In this document: positions 61,615 through 64,000 of the stretch, one piece after another
Numbering within the stretch: position 1 is the stretch's first letter
Layout: each line of letters begins with the position of its first letter
Source: Chloroflexota bacterium
GTDB taxonomy: Bacteria; Chloroflexota; UBA11872; VXOZ01
Reading direction: 5' to 3'
Assembly (NCBI GenBank): GCA_964291655.2
Contig: OZ219801.1
Location: forward strand, 480,001-544,000
DNA: 64,000 nt
Made by a program: the position numbers and the translations under genes
Notes under the pieces: model-generated
Databases searched by the model: none
What the model saw: the letters and a program-made list of their open reading frames with translations, nothing else
Told to the model about the DNA's origin: nothing

Positions 61615-62616
61615 ATGAAAGTCCCCACCCGAGAGGACACACGAATACACAATGAGGTGCTGGTAGTTGGCAGCGTCAACACAGACCTCGTGGTGTCGGT
61701 GCCAACGCTCCCCCAAGCGGGAGAGACCGTGCTCGGCGACGACTTGCAGCGAATCGGTGGTGGCAAGGGAGCCAATCAGGCAGTGGCTGCCGCACGCTTG
61801 GGGGCGCGCACCGCTTTCCTCGGCTGCGTCGGGGCCGACGCGTTTGGCGATGCGCGCAAGTCAGAGCTAGAATCATACGGTGTCGCCATTGACTCCGTAG
61901 TTGAAGACCCTGTTCGACCGACGGGAACGGCGCTCATTCTCGTGGATGGCCAGGGTGACAATGCCATTGCCGTATCCCCAGGCGCCAATGCCGCGCTCAC
62001 GCCGTCTCACATAACTGACGCAAAGTCGCTCTTTGCGCACAGCAGCGTGCTTATCTGCCAACTTGAAATCCCGCTCGATACGGTACGTACCGCCCTTGAG
62101 CAGGCCCGCGCACACGACATGGAGACCATTCTGAACGCCGCACCCGGCACCGCTGAGGCAGCAGCGCTACTGCCTTTGACAGACATACTTGTCGTGAATC
62201 GAGCAGAGGCCGCGAGTCTTGTCGGCCGCCCGGTGCAGACGACAGCCGCAGCGCAGGTGGCCGCGCAAGAGCTAAGCAAACACGTTCGGCGCGCAGCCGT
62301 CCTTACGCTTGGCGCGGAAGGCAGCATCCTGGCTACACATGACAGTGTGTCGCACGTCCCGGCCTGGCGGGTGCCTACGGTTGACGCCACCGCCGCGGGT
62401 GACGCCTTTGTCGGCTCGTTGGCAGCAGCGCTCGCGCGCGGTGAAGAGCTAGCAGACGCCGCCCGCTACGCCACAGCGTCGGCCGCAATCGCAGTCGGCC
62501 GATTCGGCGCGCAACCGTCACTGACTACCAGCCATGAAGTCGCCGCTTTTCTCGCTCATCCGCCTCTTGCTGAACGCGCCAACGGCTGCCAACATGAGGA
62601 GAGGAACTGCTCGTGA
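61615..62616 (+). CDS. rbsK: Ribokinase
   Basis: VVGSVNTD, GGKGANQAVAAARLG, QLEIP, NAAP, DATAAGDAF. Confidence 0.9.
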   Translation: MKVPTREDTRIHNEVLVVGSVNTDLVVSVPTLPQAGETVLGDDLQRIGGGKGANQAVAAARLGARTAFLGCVGADAFGDARKSELESYGVAIDSVVEDPVRPTGTALILVDGQGDNAIAVSPGANAALTPSHITDAKSLFAHSSVLICQLEIPLDTVRTALEQARAHDMETILNAAPGTAEAAALLPLTDILVVNRAEAASLVGRPVQTTAAAQVAAQELSKHVRRAAVLTLGAEGSILATHDSVSHVPAWRVPTVDATAAGDAFVGSLAAALARGEELADAARYATASAAIAVGRFGAQPSLTTSHEVAAFLAHPPLAERANGCQHEERNCS

Positions 62617-62638
62617 ACGTTCCACTGGAGGCGCTCCG

Positions 62639-63652
62639 ATGACAACACCTCAATGGCAAGACGCCCTGGAGCGCTTTGCAAGCCAGCGGATTCTCGTAAT
62701 TGGCGACATGGTGGCCGACGAGCACATCTTTACGCGCGCAAGCGGCATGTCGCGCGAAGCGCCGTTGCCGGTCCTTCATTATGTAGACCGAAAGCTCGTT
62801 CCCGGTGGGGCAACGAATGTTGCTCGCAATGCCCGTGCACTCGGCGCGGAAGTCTGGGTGTCGGGCGTAATTGGGAACGACCACATAGGGCGCGATCTCC
62901 GACAGTTGCTGGAGGACGACGGCATTCACTGCAGTCAGCTTCTTGCCGCAGAGGATCGCCTAACTTCAACCAAGACCCGCATTTGGGCCGGCGGTGACCA
63001 GCAACCCGTGCAGCAGCAGGTTTGCCGCATTGATCGCGTCGAGAGAGACGCTGTCTCGTCAGACCTGTGCCAACGGATTATTTCGGGGCTGCATGACCGC
63101 ATTGCTCAAGTCGACGCCATTGTCGTGGCCGACTACGAAATAAGTATGATCGACGATGCCGTTATCGAGGCAGTCCTAAGCCTTGCCCGCGCGGAGGGCA
63201 AGCCGGTGACCGTGGACTCACACGGCAACCTCAGGCGCTTTCCCGGAGCCCACACATTCACGCCAAACCAACCGGAAGTGGAGTTCACGCTGGGACGAGC
63301 GCTTCAGTCAATTGCGGAATTGGAAGAGGCGGGAGCAGACCTACTCCAGTTACTTGAGACAAGTGTGCTGCTTGTAACTCGCGGCAATGAGGGCATGTCG
63401 CTCTTCACCGAGAATACGACCCCCTGCCACATACCGGCCCTGGGCGAGGACCGGGTGATTGATCCTACGGGCGCAGGCGATACGGTCTCAGCGGTGCTCA
63501 CGCTGGCGCTGCTGGCTGGTTTGCCGCCTGCTCGGGCTGCTATGCTGGCAGCAGCAGCAGCAAGCATCGTGGTGCGCAAGCTCGGTGCGGCGATTCCTAC
63601 CCATGCTGAAATCCTGGCGGTGCTGGCATCTGTGGAAGGCTTGGGCACGTGA
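62639..63652 (+). CDS. RfaE domain I-like sugar-phosphate kinase (HldA-like)
   Basis: [41 protein letters not shown]. Confidence 0.85.
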   Translation: MTTPQWQDALERFASQRILVIGDMVADEHIFTRASGMSREAPLPVLHYVDRKLVPGGATNVARNARALGAEVWVSGVIGNDHIGRDLRQLLEDDGIHCSQLLAAEDRLTSTKTRIWAGGDQQPVQQQVCRIDRVERDAVSSDLCQRIISGLHDRIAQVDAIVVADYEISMIDDAVIEAVLSLARAEGKPVTVDSHGNLRRFPGAHTFTPNQPEVEFTLGRALQSIAELEEAGADLLQLLETSVLLVTRGNEGMSLFTENTTPCHIPALGEDRVIDPTGAGDTVSAVLTLALLAGLPPARAAMLAAAAASIVVRKLGAAIPTHAEILAVLASVEGLGT

Positions 63653-64000
63653 CAGCGGCTAAGATCCTTTCCGAATCGGAGTTACAGCGCCAAGTCGACG
63701 CCCTCCGGCAACAAGGGAAGGTTGTCGTCTTTACCAATGGCTGTTTCGACTTGCTCCACGCGGGCCACGTCGCCTACCTGGAGAGCGCGCGAGCCCTTGG
63801 CGATGCACTCGTCGTCGCTGTCAATAGTGATCGATCCGTGCGCGCGCTCAAAGGGCCGACACGTCCCATCACTCGTGCCCAAGACCGATCGCGTCTACTC
63901 GCGGCGCTGGCGTGTGTGGATTGGGTGATCGTCTTCGACGATGCTACAGCGGAACGCTTGCTAAGCAGTCAGCAACCCGATATTTATGTCAAAGGCGGAG
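63649..64000 (+). CDS. RfaE domain II adenylyltransferase (HldC-like), 3'-partial
   Basis: GTGA overlap. Manual translation gives [27 protein letters not shown]...[15 protein letters not shown]. Runs off the window. Confidence 0.92.
   Translation, partial: MTAAKILSESELQRQVDALRQQGKVVVFTNGCFDLLHAGHVAYLESARALGDALVVAVNSDRSVRALKGPTRPITRAQDRSRLLAALACVDWVIVFDDATAERLLSSQQPDIYVKGG

Overview
Bacterial chromosomal window. Gene content suggests a monoderm Chloroflexota, possibly host- or sponge-associated given the plant-type LRR protein; this is inference only. 1-16.8 kb is core-like: SPOR/beta-propeller lipoprotein, TPR protein, a surface-glycan cluster (GT2/GT4, O-antigen-ligase-like, priming transferase), two enolase-superfamily enzymes with a PHP hydrolase, and rplU-rpmA. 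tRNA-Ala(CGC) at 16849 opens a ~9 kb integrase-less island closed by a D-arm-decayed copy of the same tRNA at 25810. The island carries the top candidate: a tightly coupled four-gene operon of PRTase-fold protein, P-loop AAA+/STAND-like ATPase, putative tandem CARF-like protein and N6-adenine DNA methyltransferase, with no nuclease (putative defence system). It also carries a truncated ion-channel gene and a secreted LRR-sugar dehydrogenase fusion. Accessory DNA continues to ~45.9 kb: MMPL transporter, PAS-LuxR, an IS1182 inserted into a REP hairpin loop, a BacNav-type channel with an atypical TFDGWTD filter, an NCS2 permease fused to an RsbW-like domain, vapBC and gene remnants. 46-64 kb is core: tpiA, cysteine desulfurase, mtnP-pfkB-ahcY-metK, an arsR-ino1-patA-PHP-pimA-pgsA phosphatidylinositol-mannoside-like operon (the PHP gene is a candidate PIP phosphatase), GTs, rbsK and split rfaE domains. 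No CRISPR array or rRNA was seen.
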